Assembly (NCBI GenBank): GCA_950097015.1
Contig: CATNEN010000031.1
Location: 2,914,001 to 2,978,000, forward strand
From: Macrostomum hystrix
Taxonomy: Eukaryota; Animalia; Platyhelminthes
Direction of reading: 5' to 3'
DNA: 64,000 nucleotides
Shown in pieces: positions 10,207 to 22,982 of this stretch. The stretch's first letter is position 1, and each line of letters starts with the position of its first letter. Position numbers and translations under genes: made by a program. The notes under the pieces are model-generated. The model did no database searches. It saw only the letters and a list, made by a program, of their open reading frames with translations, and had not been told where the DNA came from.

Positions 10207-13200
10207 TTAGGCCAGCGTGGTAAACAGGAACGAGGCAGCCGAACCGGCTCCCAGACCAAGCGTGAGGAAGAAGCTCATTAGAGCACCGTACAGTTCGGCA
10301 TTGTCGGGCTGGGCAGCAGCAGCACCTCTGGTCATGCTCAGTGCGCCCAGGTAGCCGTTGCTAAGGCCGAATAGGCATACCAACACGGGCAAGGCGGCAT
10401 CGGAGGTGAACAGCAGGGGTATGAGACGCTGCCGTCTCGGCTGATAGTTGCAGGCCAGGAACAGTGGCGCGAAGGCCAGGCGGAGCAGGGCCAGGGGCGC
10501 CAGGAGGCGGTCGGAACGCGGCAAGCCCAGGCCGGCAAACGATCGGCCGAGAAGATCGGAGGCGTTGAACGCCAGAAAGCAGGCCAGGGGCGCAAAAAAG
10601 AGCGAATCAGGCCTGGCAACTGAGACCACCGAGCTGAGCAGGGCCGGGTAGAGGCTTAGCGACACGGCAAACACCAGGAATACGGACACAGCCGGCCAGG
10701 TCAGGTCTGAGAGGGCGCGCTGCCAGCCAGAAGTTGCTGACGATGATGAAGACAAAGAAGACTGGCGAGGCAGGGACAGGCTGGAGGATGACGCTGACGA
10801 TGTTGGCTGATTGGTGTCGTCTGAGATAAAGCCTGCAACGAAGCGAGTTCAAAGAAATAATAAGTTCGAAAAGAACATACCCCCGTCTTCGTGCTAGCTA
10901 CTCTTTATTTTATGGCCAACTATTCATTCTGGTCTACTTACAGTAGCAAGCACGAAATACGTATTGCAGCGACACCAGATAGTAGGGAAGTTAAAACGGC
11001 CCCTTTAAGGTCCACACAAAAATTGTTCAATGAGCTTTAAGCTAAAAAACGTTCGTCATTTTGTTTCGAAAAAACATCATTTAATTAAGCAGTTTAAAAC
11101 TTTTAGATGATTATAATACGTTTCGTCATGTACTTACTGATTCGCTTAGCTTGTTCTTGCCCTACTGACCGCTTATTATTAAATTTTTATTTCTGACTTA
11201 GGTGTTTACTGACACCTGGGGATCGCCAGGATTAAGTGGTGCGAATTCACTGACTGTCCAATATTGATCTATCACAAACGGGCTATTGATCCTGTTCTAC
11301 TTACAGAGTGCAAACGAAACACGTATTGCAGCGACACCTTGTGTGAGTTAAAACGGCCCTTTTAAGGTCCACCAAAACGTCTATTTGGGGAACTTTAACT
11401 TGTTAGCCAATGTGCTATTAAAAAGCAAAAACCGCTCAGTTAACAGCTTTTTTAATTTTGAAAGTTAGTTTCTCTGAATAAAATCGGCTAGACATCTGTG
11501 TGTTAGCTGTTAGTGTTAGCTGTTAGGACAAAACAGACAATTCTGGTGAAAAATAAATTGGTAAGGCAGCTACTTTTTCTCCATCGCCTTCGCTTCATTG
11601 GCCTCATGGGAATGACGCAATCTGGTGAGTGTGGAGGCGGCACAGCAGAGCCATCCGAAAACGGTATCATTGATTGTACTCTTATAGTAGTCATAGACTA
11701 TTGCAAGCATTACTAATGACATACAAAGCTCTGTACTCACTCTGAGATCTGACCACCTGTTCCCTGACAAATGGCAGCCTACGCAGTGCCAGGTAAGCCA
11801 GCAGGCACAGCAGTAGTACGCAGGTGGCAGATACAAAGTATACTAAGCCAGCTAGGCGTGGACTGGAGCCGAGACCGAGGCTGGCTGTGTAAACAAGGGC
11901 TGCTATGACGCCTCCGCTGGCCTGGCCCTGTACGAGAGGGTTGGCATTTGGCTAGGTGAGGATGGCAAGGCTAGGGTGTCAGGAGATGCAGTAGGGTGTC
12001 AGGAGATGCAGTAAGGTGTCAGGAGATGCAGTAAGGTGTCAGGAGATGCAGTAGGGTGTCAGGAGATGCAGTAAGGTGTCAGGAGATGCAGTATGGTGTC
12101 AGGAGAAGCAGTAGGATGTCAGGAGCTGCAGTTAGGTGTCAGGAGAAGCAGTAGGATGTCAGGAGATGCAGTAAGGTGTCAGAAAATGCAGTAAGGTGTC
12201 AGAAAATGCAGTAAGGTGTCAGGAGATGCAGTAGGGTGTCAGGAGATGCAGTAAGGTGTCAGGAGATGCAGTATGGTGTCAGGAGATGCAGTAGGGTGTC
12301 AGGAGATGCAGTAGGGTGTCAGGAGATATTCCAAATGTTACCTGCATGAGCGCAGTGACGTAGCGATGCGGAAACATGGCAGCCAGACCGAACAGCGAGC
12401 CCTGTACCAGAGCCGCGCCACTGTTCACTACCACCACGGAGATCATTGTGCCCCAGAAGAATGCCTGCTGGTCTGGAGTTTTATGGTTCATCGCTCGATT
12501 ATTGTTTTTTATGCCAAGCAACACGATTTAATTTTAGACTAGTCTGCACTGGTGTTTGACCCACTACAGCCCATCAGAGGAACCTCAAATCCTATTCCCA
12601 GGACACCAGCCCATCAGAGGAACCTCAAAACCCACCCAGTCCATCTAATGATCCTCAAAACCCATCCCAGTCCATTTAATGATCCTCAAAAAATCCCAGT
12701 CCATCTAATTAGCCTCATAACCCATCCCAGTCCATCTAAAGAACCCCCAAAGCACCCCAGTCTTACTGAGAAACCCCCAAAGCCACCCAGTCTTACTGAG
12801 AAACCCCCAAAGCCACCCAGTCTTACTGAGAAACCCCCAAAGCCACCCAGTCTTACTGAGAAACCCCCAAAGCCACCCAGTCTTACTGAGAAACCCCCAA
12901 AGCCACCCCAGTCCATCTAACGAACCTTCAAAGCCACCCCAGTCCATCTAACGAACCCTCAAAGCCACCCCAGTCCATCTAACGAACCCTCAAAGCCACC
13001 CAGTCCATCTAACGAACCCTCATAGCCACCCCAGTCCATCTAACGAACCCTCATAGCCACCCCAGTCCATCTAACGAACCCTCAAAGCCACCCCAGTCCA
13101 TCTAACGAACCCTCAAAGCCACCCCAGTCCATCTAACGAACCCTCAAAGCCACCCCTGTCCATCTGAGGAACCCCCAAAGCCACCCCTGTCCATCTGAGG

Positions 13201-14188
13201 AACCCCCAAAGCCACCCAGTCCATCTGAGGAACCCCCAAAGCCACCCAGTCTTACTGAGAAACCCCCAAAGCCACCCAGTCTTACTGAGAAACCCCCAAA
13301 GCCACCTAGTCTTACTGAGAAACCCCCAAAGCCACCCAGTCTTACTGAGAAACCCCCAAAGCCACCCAGTCTTACTGAGAAACCCCCAAAGCCACCCAGT
13401 CTTACTGAGAAACCCCCAAAGCCACCCAGTCTTACTGAGAAACCCCCAAAGCCACCCAGTCTTACTGAGAAACCCCCAAAGCCACCCAGTCCATCTAACG
13501 AACCCTCATAGCCACCCCAGTCCATCTAACGAACCCTCAAAGCCACCCCAGTCCATCTAACGAACCCTCAAAGCCACCCCAGTCCATCTAACGAACCCTC
13601 ATAGCCACCCCAGTCCATCTAACGAACCCTCAAAGCCACCCCAGTCCATCAGCACTCACAGCTGTCAGTGTCAACGCAGACAAAGGCGGCAGTGGCAGTG
13701 AACACGGCAATCATGAGGCTAAGCCCGGCCAGGAGTCTTGTTGCCTGTCCGATTCGCTTAGTAACAGCGGCATTGGCCAGTGTGAAGACAATATTTGGCA
13801 GACTGGAAAACACGGCCAAATAGTTTTCGAATGTCAACTGCAGGTAGGTTGGCTGGCTGACGCCGCCAGTTTCGCTGCCATCAAAGCTGGCATTCCTCAG
13901 CTTGTAGTCAAAGTAGCTCTTGGCTGTAGTGAAGAAATTCCAAGGCAGCAGCGAGCCGATGCCCAGAAAGAAGAACAAAAGCAGGGCGGCGTGGAACGAG
14001 TCCCGACTGATTCTGCGGCCGCCGGTATAGTACAAATGAACACTGTCGCTGTTCGTAGGGCCATTCAACAGCGGAGTGTTGACACTGCTGTGCCCATACT
14101 GGTCCTCGGCTGCGGTTTCATTCTCATTCGGATTGTCTGAGTTGATTAACCAATCTGGCTGGCTTGCATAGCGCTGAGGTAACGGCAT
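10207..14188 (-). CDS. SLC29A: Equilibrative nucleoside transporter (SLC29/ENT family), 490 aa, 4 exons
   Basis: Exons 14188-13660, 12472-12342, 11927-11741, 10832-10207; all GT-AG with phases 1,0,1 consistent; total 1473 nt. Motifs LGIGSLLPWNFF, LMQGQASGG, FNASDLLGR, FGLSNGY, FLTLGLGAGS. Confidence 0.93.
11972..12327. repeat. 20-bp minisatellite in ENT intron 2
   Basis: Unit gtgtcaggagatgcagta(a/g)g. Confidence 0.95.
12570..13649. repeat. 30-31-bp minisatellite in ENT intron 1
   Basis: Blocks of aaagccacccagtcttactgagaaaccccc and aaagccaccccagtccatctaacgaaccctc. Confidence 0.95.
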
Positions 14189-14375
14189 TGGCCTGCGGAC
14201 TGGTGGGTTGACAATTGAGCTCTCTTACTAGGAAATTAAATACTATAGTAAATTCAGCTTCCAGACTCATCTATTCTCACCTTTTAGCTTTCATTCTGAT
14301 CAACAACTTACTCACCCAATTGTATTTTTAAGTCGTATTCTTCTCATCCCGTCTCTCCATTATTCTCATTCATTC

Positions 14376-17200
14376 CGTCTCCTATCTATCTCACCCCTTC
14401 GGTCTCCTATCTATCTCACCCCTTCAGTCTCCTATCTATCTCACCCCTTCAGTCTCCTATCTATCTCACCCCTTCAGTCTCCTATCTATCTCACTCCTTC
14501 AGTCACCTATCTATCTCACCCCTTCAGTCTCCTATCTATCTCACCCCTTCAGTCTCCTATCTATCTCACCCCTTCAGTCTCCTATCTATCTCACCCCTTC
14601 AGTCTCCTATCTATCTCACTCCTTCAGTCACCTATCTATCTCACTCCTTCAGTCACCTATCTATCTCACCCCTTCAGTCTCCTATCTATCTCACCCCTTC
14701 AGTCTCCTATCTATCTCACCCCTTCAGTCTCCTATCTATCTCACCCCTTCAGTCTCCTATCTATCTCACCCCTTCGGTCTCCTATCTATCTCACACCTTC
14801 GGTCTCCTATCTATCTCACCCCTTCGGTCTCCTATCTATCTCACACCTTCGGTCTCCTATCTATCTCACCCCTTCAGTCACCTATCTATCTCACCCCTTC
14901 GGTCTCCTATCTATCTCACTCCTTCAGTCACCTATCTATCTCACCCCTTCGGTCTCCTATCTATCTCACTCCTTCAGTCTCCCATCTATCTCACCCCTTC
15001 AGTCACCTATCTATCTCACCCCTTCGGTCTCCTATCTATCTCACCCCTTCAGTCTCCTATCTATCTCACTCCTTCAGTCACCTATCTATCTCACCCCTTC
15101 AGTCACCTATCTATCTCACTCCTTCAGTCACCTATCTATCTCACCCCTTCGGTCTCCTATCTATCTCACCCCTTCAGTCACCTATCTATCTCACTCCTTC
15201 AGTCACCTATCTATCTCACCCCTTCGGTCTCCTATCTATCTCACCCCTTCGGTCTCCTATCTATCTCACCTCTTCGGTCTCCTATCTATCTCACCCCTTC
15301 AGTCTCCCATCTATCTCACCCCTTCAGTCACCTATCTATCTCACCCCTTCAGTCACCTATCTATCTCACTCCTTCAGTCACCTATCTATCTCACCCCTTC
15401 GGTCTCCTATCTATCTCACCCCTTCGGTCTCCTATCTATCTCACCTCTTCGGTCTCCTATCTATCTCACCCCTTCAGTCACCTATCTATCTCACCCCTTC
15501 AGTCTCCTATCTATCTCACCTCTTCGGTCTCCTATCTATCTCACCCCTTCAGTCTACTATCTATCTCACCCCTTCGGTCTCCTATCTATCTCACCCCTTC
15601 GGTCTCCTATCTATCTCACCCCTTCGGTCTCCTATCTATCTCACTCCTTCAGTCTCCTATCTATCTCACCTCTTCGGTCTCCTATCTATCTCACCCCTTC
15701 AGTCTCCTATCTATCTCACCTCTTCGGTCTCCTATCTATCTCACCCCTTCAGTCTACTATCTATCTCACCCCTTCGGTCTCCTATCTATCTCACCCCTTC
15801 GGTCTCCTATCTATCTCACCCCTTCAGTCTTCTATCTATCTCACCCCTTCGGTCTCCTATCTATCTCACCCCTTCAGTCTCCTGTCTATCTCACCCCTTC
15901 GGTCTCCTATCTATCTCACTCCTTCAGTCACCTATCTATCTCACTCCTTCGGTCTTCTATCTATCTCACCCCTTCGGTCTCCTATCTATCTCACCCCTTC
16001 AGTCTCCTATCTATCTCACCTCTTCGGTCTCCTATCTATCTCACCCCTTCAGTCTTCTATCTATCTCACCCCTTCGGTCTCCTATCTATCTCACCCCTTC
16101 AGTCTCCTGTCTATCTCACCCCTTCGGTCTCCTATCTATCTCACTCCTTCAGTCACCTATCTATCTCACTCCTTCGGTCTTCTATCTATCTCACCCCTTC
16201 GGTCTCCTATCTATCTCACCCCTTCAGTCTCCTATCTATCTCACCCCTTCGGTCTCCTATCTATCTCACCCCTTCGGTCTCCTATCTATCTCACTCCTTC
16301 AGTCTCCTATCTATCTCACCTCTTCGGTCTCCTATCTATCTCACCCCTTCAGTCTCCTATCTATCTCACACCTTCGGTCTCCTATCTATCTCACCCCTTC
16401 AGTCTACTATCTATCTCACACCTTCAGTCTCCTATCTATCTCACCCCTTCGGTCTCCTATCTATCTCACCCCTTCGGTCTCCTATCTATCTCACCCCTTC
16501 AGTCTCCTATCTATCTCACCCCTTCGGTCTCCTATCTATCTCACCCCTTCGGTCTCCTATCTATCTCACCCCTTCAGTCTCCTATCTATCTCACCCCTTC
16601 AGTCTCCTATCTATCTCACCCCTTCAGTCTCCTATCTATCTCACCCCTTCGGTCTCCTATCTATCTCACCCCTTCAGTCTCCTATCTATCTCACCCCTTC
16701 GGTCTCCTATCTATCTCACCCCTTCGGTCTCCTATCTATCTCACACCTTCGGTCTCCTATCTATCTCACCCCTTCGGTCTCCTATCTATCTCTCCCCTTC
16801 GGTCTCCTATCTATCTCACCCCTTCAGTCTCCTATCTATCTCACCCCTTCGGTCACCTATCTATCTCACCTCTTCGGTCTCCTATCTATCTCACCCCTTC
16901 AGTCTACTATCTATCTCACCCCTTCGGTCTCCTATCTATCTCACCCCTTCGGTCTCCTATCTATCTCACCCCTTCGGTCTCCTATCTATCTCACTCCTTC
17001 AGTCTCCTATCTATCTCACCTCTTCGGTCTCCTATCTATCTCACCCCTTCAGTCTCCTATCTATCTCACCTCTTCGGTCTCCTATCTATCTCACCCCTTC
17101 GGTCTCCTATCTATCTCACCCCTTCAGTCTCCTATCTATCTCACCCCTTCGGTCTCCTATCTATCTCACCCCTTCGGTCTCCTATCTATCTCACCCCTTC
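14376..17200. repeat. 25-bp minisatellite upstream of the ENT start codon
   Basis: Unit cctatctatctcaccccttc(a/g)gtct, about 110 copies. Confidence 0.96.
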
Positions 17201-17959
17201 TTCTCTCTATTATTCTCAATCTTGCCTGCTATTCCTCTTACCGTATGCCTCCGATTCATCTCACCCTTTCATGTCTTCTCAAACGATCAATAGAGTCAAG
17301 TAAATATAGTTAATAGTTGAAGCGCATTGTATTTATTAAATCTCAGAAGCTTGTAAAAAATTATGGGAAAAGCTATTTAACAAATTAGCTATCCGCATTC
17401 ATGATCTCAGAGGATTAGAAAAGGGTCCACAACATATAAATAATAGGATAAGGTAAAGTTGCCTAGTTGCTCGATTTTAAATAAGGCCAAGAAGAAGCAC
17501 AAATAAAAATGTTTGAAAATGGTTTCGAAGAGTAAGGGAAGCATTTGGTACAAAGGCATGAAACTTAATTACGAGATTGATTTCATATAAGTTCAATGAC
17601 CAATTGGTCGAGAAGCGGTCGAGACAGATTGGTTCGCATTCGCAACTAAGTGTGTAAAGTACATAACTAATTAAAACGATGCTAATAAAAATTACACGTT
17701 GGATCATACTTAACTAAAAAATAGCATTTAATTGTTAAAAAATAATCTGGACTGATAATGATCCAGTCAATCGACAACAGAAATCAACTAACCAGTCAGA
17801 CAACCATTGTACAAGTGGATGAGCCGCTTTTTGTAATTTAAGTTTTGTACGCCAAAATCCCTAACTGACTACTGTTCCCTATCTGCACCCGACAGCTCAC
17901 GACTAATATATATTTTATTTAAGAAGCATGTTCAGCTATACTGCAAAACTAATCACCTA

Positions 17960-18195
17960 GTTATCTCACCTGCAGCAGCACCCACAACCGCATATTATCA
18001 CCTGTTGCACAACTAATTACCAGATTTTCTTACCTAATGCATGATAGCCGAGTCGTTATCTCACCTGCAGCAGCACCCACAACCGCATATTATCACCTGT
18101 TGCACAACTAATTACCAGATTTTCTTACCTAATACATAATAACCGAGTCGTTATCTCACCTGCAGCAGCACCCACAACCGCATATTATCACCTAT
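17960..18195. repeat. 95-bp unit, about 2.5 tandem copies
   Basis: gttatctcacctgcagcagcacccacaaccgc starts at 17960, 18055 and 18150. Confidence 0.9.
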
Positions 18196-18689
18196 TTTGC
18201 ACAACTGATAACTGATAATCTCATTTTGTCACCTTGCCGCGGAGCTCAACAGCTAATCTTCACACCTATCTGCGGCTAGACTGGCTAATTAAAAGAAGTG
18301 AAGACTTACAGTCGAATAAAAAATCCAGTTGGCTGGAGAATGAAAAGAAAGATAATGAGAACTAAGGTACTCGTAGAACAATTTATAACAACGAAAACGG
18401 AAAACATTCAGTAGAGGCTGGATGCCAAAAACAGAGGCTTAAAATGCTGTTCATTAAATTTTGACTTTACTCTGAAAAAGGATCTAAAAAACTTTTCTTG
18501 CGTTCACCGAGGCATCAAAATAAAACCTTCACAAGAGCTACTTAATAGTGCATTCGAGAACAAAAAAGAGGGATGAGAACTCATAGAATCAGAAATAAAT
18601 AACAAACCTACTTCTCTTGCAGCTACAACCAAAGAAACGTCAGTTCTAGTCCAACATGCGCAACGCGCTACTCGTCAGTAGGCTGCAAT

Positions 18690-20652
18690 TCACTTGTCGG
18701 CCGGAGCGTGCTGCTTCGGTGGCACAACCAGAACTGGCCGGTGCGTGTGGTGCAGAACGTAGTCGCTAACCGAGCCTAGAAAGGTGCGCCTCAGTAGGCC
18801 CTGGCCACGTGAGCCCATGACAATGAGCTCCACGTCTTCCTCTTCGGCCAGGTCCACAATGGCCTGGCCGGGACTGCGGGCGATGCGTTCGAGAAAGCGC
18901 ACGTGCTCAGCACCGAGACCGCGGCACAGCTCCTTGATGTCAACGGCCAGCTGCTTGGCTTGAGCCACCTGAGTTGAGTGGGAACAGGGGTGGCGTTTTA
19001 CAGGTGTGACAGGGGTGGCGTTTTACAGGTGTGACAGGGGTGGCGTTTTACAGGTGTGACAGTGGTGGCGTTTTACAGGTGTGACAGGGGTGGCGTTTTA
19101 CAGGTGTGACAGTGGTGGCGTTTTACAGGTGTGACAGGGGTGGCGTTTTACAGGTGGGAAAAGTGATATAGAAGGTGAGAAACAGTGAGACAGGAAGGGG
19201 AGAAACATTGATACATTAGGGGAGAAACAGTGAGACAGGAGGGGAGAAACAGGGAGAAACAGTGAGACAGGAGGGGAGAAACAAATACTGGTCTGCGCAC
19301 CTTCATATCTATCCCAAAAATGATCTAGAAAAAGTATTGTGAACTGAGAGAATGCAGCAGAAAAACTCAATGCATCTCTCCGAACTGATGACTTACTTCA
19401 ACTGTCTGGGGAATATTCTTGTCTTAGTAGCGACTGGGGCAGGAAATCGCAGATTCCAATATGTTATTCCCGATGAAAGGCTTGTGTCAGCGGTAATTAC
19501 TAGTATATTGCTAGCGGTTTGTACAGCTGGTCAAGGCCACATTAACAGATAAGGCCTTAGCTAACTCCTCAGCAGAGAATGATCCGGGTGTAAAGTGCAA
19601 ATTCATATGCCAGTTTCACCGCCCGGCTTAGATTTCTACAGGAATAACCCAAAATTAGTGACAGCAGTTGTGTGGGATCTGCAAAGCAAGGGAAAATTGG
19701 GTTAAAAATAGTCTACGAAGCACTGTCAGAAACATTCTTTTGCTTTTCATTTGCGTTTCTTCGAAAATAAAGTAAACGTAAATTTAGGTGACGCATGAGT
19801 TAATGGGAGAGTAGGATGAGTTGATGAAGAGATTGAAGGCTAACGGTTAAAGCGTCACACTCACGACTTGAAGGTCGGGGGTTCGATTCCCGACTCCAGT
19901 GGAACAATTAGCGTCCCTTAGAAAGACTCTTAAGTCTCTGCATAGCATTAAGCCAGCTGTTAAATGGGTACCAGCAGTAGCTGGGGCAATTGACGGTGGG
20001 TGTGGTGTTGCCCCCAGTCCATGGACCAAACAGCCGTACGCAGCCTTCATACGCAGCCTAACTGCGTTTTTTAATATTTTGTTTCGTTGTCTTTTTTTGC
20101 TGCTAAAAACTAGTTAAATATACTTTTATTGCACGTGTTTTTAATTGACTCTAAGTTGTCTATAGTTAGTACTACTTACAATCTTCATCCGAAGAGTAGG
20201 CTCATGACATTTTCATGACCCGATAGTTTTTTCTTGATTGAGCATTCTGTGTAATATCCTGTGATCTGGCCCATTTGTGGCAGGTGAAATGTTTTTATTA
20301 ATATTTAAGATATTCGTTTATTAAGCGATGAGTTTTTAAGTGCTTTATTTAACAATAAAAGAGGATAAAAGAGACCAATAAGGACCCGCGAACTGACCGT
20401 CTCCTCGAGGGCCTTTGAGTAGACCTCAGCCACAGCCGGTCCAGCCATGCCAAAGCCGAGCGCTACCTCAGGCGGCTCGGACACATTAACAAACACCAGC
20501 TGGTCAACTGGCCTGTGCAGTTTGCCCAGATACCAGCGAATCGCTCGCTCGCTGTGTTCGCTACGATCGACGGCTATGAGAACTTTGCGAATATCGACGC
20601 TGGCCTCTCCAGATATGGCAGAGGTCGCCTGGTTGCTTGCTTCGCTGGCCAT
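18690..20652 (-). CDS. Universal stress protein (UspA domain), 177 aa, 2 exons
   Basis: Exons 20652-20398 and 18968-18690, phase 0. [12 protein letters not shown] at the N-terminus, the [29 protein letters not shown]-binding motif, and a PVLVV end. Confidence 0.93.
18986..19156. repeat. 25-bp minisatellite in the USP intron
   Basis: Unit aggggtggcgttttacaggtgtgac. Confidence 0.9.
19830..20070 (+). mobile_element. tRNA-derived SINE, family 2 (copy 1)
   Basis: B box GGTTCGATTCC; body shared with 37431-37580 (+), 30740-31000 (-) and 60540-60690 (-). Confidence 0.7.
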
Positions 20653-21907
20653 GCTAGGCAGTTAGGCTAATAAGATTTGCTTGTATATGGAATGAGTCCA
20701 CCCCTTTGTTATGCTCAGCCTGCAAGCTGGAATGGAAAACTCTCTAGTGAAGGTAATTGTATATATCAGCATGATGATACATATGCCATGATTTTTTCAA
20801 TTGTTCATACATAATAAGAATACAAGACCTCAAATGAATAAATTCCTAATAATAGGTCTACTTGCTACTAGGCCTAAAATGATTCTAAAATTGGCCTAGA
20901 AAATGTATACTGTACACTTTTAGTGTTTTAATTTAGCTTTACTGGTTTGTTTATCCATAGTAATAATGATGTTAATATTTAGCTAAATTAAGTTTATAAT
21001 ATAAACTAGCTACTTACTTACAACTTTGGTAGCAATTAGTGTTGAATTATATTGTCGAGCTAGTGGAATTACATGCAAATAAAATAGTGAAAGAAATACA
21101 CTTACAAACCATTTATTTGAACATTAGTTATTAAACTTAAGAAGAGATACAAATTAGGATTAAAATGGAGCTAGGGGCAGATTCGCGGCATAAATTAGAA
21201 AAAATGAAGCACAAAATTGTATGGTATAAAATTATATATTTTTTAAATTATTGTCTAACATTTTCTATTAATCTTTGAAACATTGTTTTATATAATATTT
21301 ACTCACTTCATTGGCTATTTAGTCTATATATAAGATTTTTTAAGAATTCAGATATTAATAAAAATTTTACCAATCTGTGTTTACTCACATTTCTGGCTGT
21401 TTTAGGTAGGATTTTCAACTATATATTATGTAGTATACTAGTGAATTGCAACTGTCTTTGTCATTTTCAATAATTTTAACTTAAGCTATTGTGAGATAGA
21501 ATGTGCCAACAAAGGAATATATAGTGCTAAAGTCAATTTAGGTCAAGTGGTAAATGTGTTTTGCCTAAAGAAATTTGGTCAATGCATCTGATTTTCAACC
21601 TATTAAAAGGGGGCAACAACAAAACCCTAGTTAATGACTGATTGGATTAGGAATAAGTAGAAAATAAGAACATAAAACAAAAAATGTTAGAATCTAGGTA
21701 AAAAACTAGAAACTATGACCAGCCCTATATATAGGCATTATAGCCTATCAAAGGCTTTTTATTGTACCCAGACTTTCTCATTTTGGTGGTTGAATAGTGA
21801 ATTATTAGCATATTAGGTAAAATATAATCTCTAATTTTTAATAAAAAGCACAATCTATAAGTCAACTTGTGCAGTAGGCTAGTGGTGTATCCAGTGGGAG
21901 TCAAGGG

Positions 21908-22354
21908 GGATCCTAGACACTTTGTCATCTTACAACTTCGTCATCTTACAACTTCGTCATCCACTTGGAAGGTAGGACACTTCGTCATCCAGCCAATTGG
22001 CATGCTTTTAAGTTTGGTCAGTTCGTCATCTACTAATAACAAATAAGCAATTAAGTTCGTCATCAATAAAGTGAGGGTGGGGTGGTGGGGCAGAGGTGTG
22101 AACACACTTCACATCTTAAAATGCCAAAAAGAGGTGTCAAAACTGATTTCATTATAAGAGTTGAAAGAAAGGTGCCAACACGATGTGAGGAGGTGGGGAG
22201 GGGTGGTTCTGTTCTGTTCTAACTTTGAAAACTTTTGTTTTATAGATGACGAAGTGTCCACAAGTCTTAGTCTCTTCGTCATCCACCCTCTGAGATATTG
22301 GACAGATCGTCATCTGGATGACGAAGTTGTAAGATGACGAAGTGTCCAGGTACC
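21908..22354. mobile_element. Non-autonomous DNA transposon (MITE) with TIRs and internal CGTCATC repeats
   Basis: TIRs gacactttgtcatcttacaacttcgtcatc / gatgacgaagttgtaagatgacgaagtgtc; GTCAAGGG duplicated on both flanks (8-10 bp, ambiguous because of the G run); second copy at 56815-57833. Confidence 0.8.
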
Positions 22355-22632
22355 GTCAAGGGGGTTATAACCCTCAGGCCAACCCAGAGATACCAGGTTT
22401 TTTACAGCTGATGCAGCTGCACTGTGGATGGTAGGTATAGAATGGGCCATGGGGCTGTGGCTTATGTTCCTGCCAGACAGAAAAAAACTGGCTATGTCCC
22501 TGCAGTAGGATTAGTGGCTTAGAATTAGGCCATTGGCAAAAGCCTTTGGTTTAGTCATCAGGGAGTTAATTTCCATGGTTTTGACACTAAGATAAAGTCT
22601 CTCTATTATATTTCTTATAGTAATTTTTATTA

Positions 22633-22982
22633 TTGCAGGAGGGCTGAAGGCAATGGCACATCATTTGGTGACAGTAAACCCGCAGCCAGCAAGGACACAA
22701 TTCTACCCATTCTGCTGACTCCTGAGCACAGATGCACACAAATACTGTACGCAGGCACATGCTCACAAAGGTGTGTACATCTGCCCTGACTTTCATATCG
22801 ACAGGCAGTGTACACTCTCACTGGGCCTTGGAGGTTGGCCCTCAAGGGCGTAAATTGTACGAAAATCCCTCAAGCCTTGTGTACGCGGCTGCGCCCCAAA
22901 TAAATGTCGCCTCGCCGTGGAATCGAACTTAAGGAGCGTGGTGCGAGAGGCAAACACGATAACCGCTCTGCCACCGACCCCC
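22633..22982 (-). mobile_element. tRNA-derived SINE, family 1 (most complete copy)
   Basis: Minus-strand head gggtcggtggcagagcggttatcg...gttcgattccacgg with A and B boxes; AT-rich tail. Confidence 0.8.

Noticed and set aside
7407-17200. Large repeat arrays as CRISPR loci
   Set aside because: Units are contiguous with no unique spacers, no cas genes are present, and the DNA is eukaryotic.
19830-19900. tRNA genes here and near 22910-22982 and 37431-37510
   Set aside because: They have A/B boxes but no complete cloverleaf, and they continue into shared repeat bodies, so they are SINE heads.
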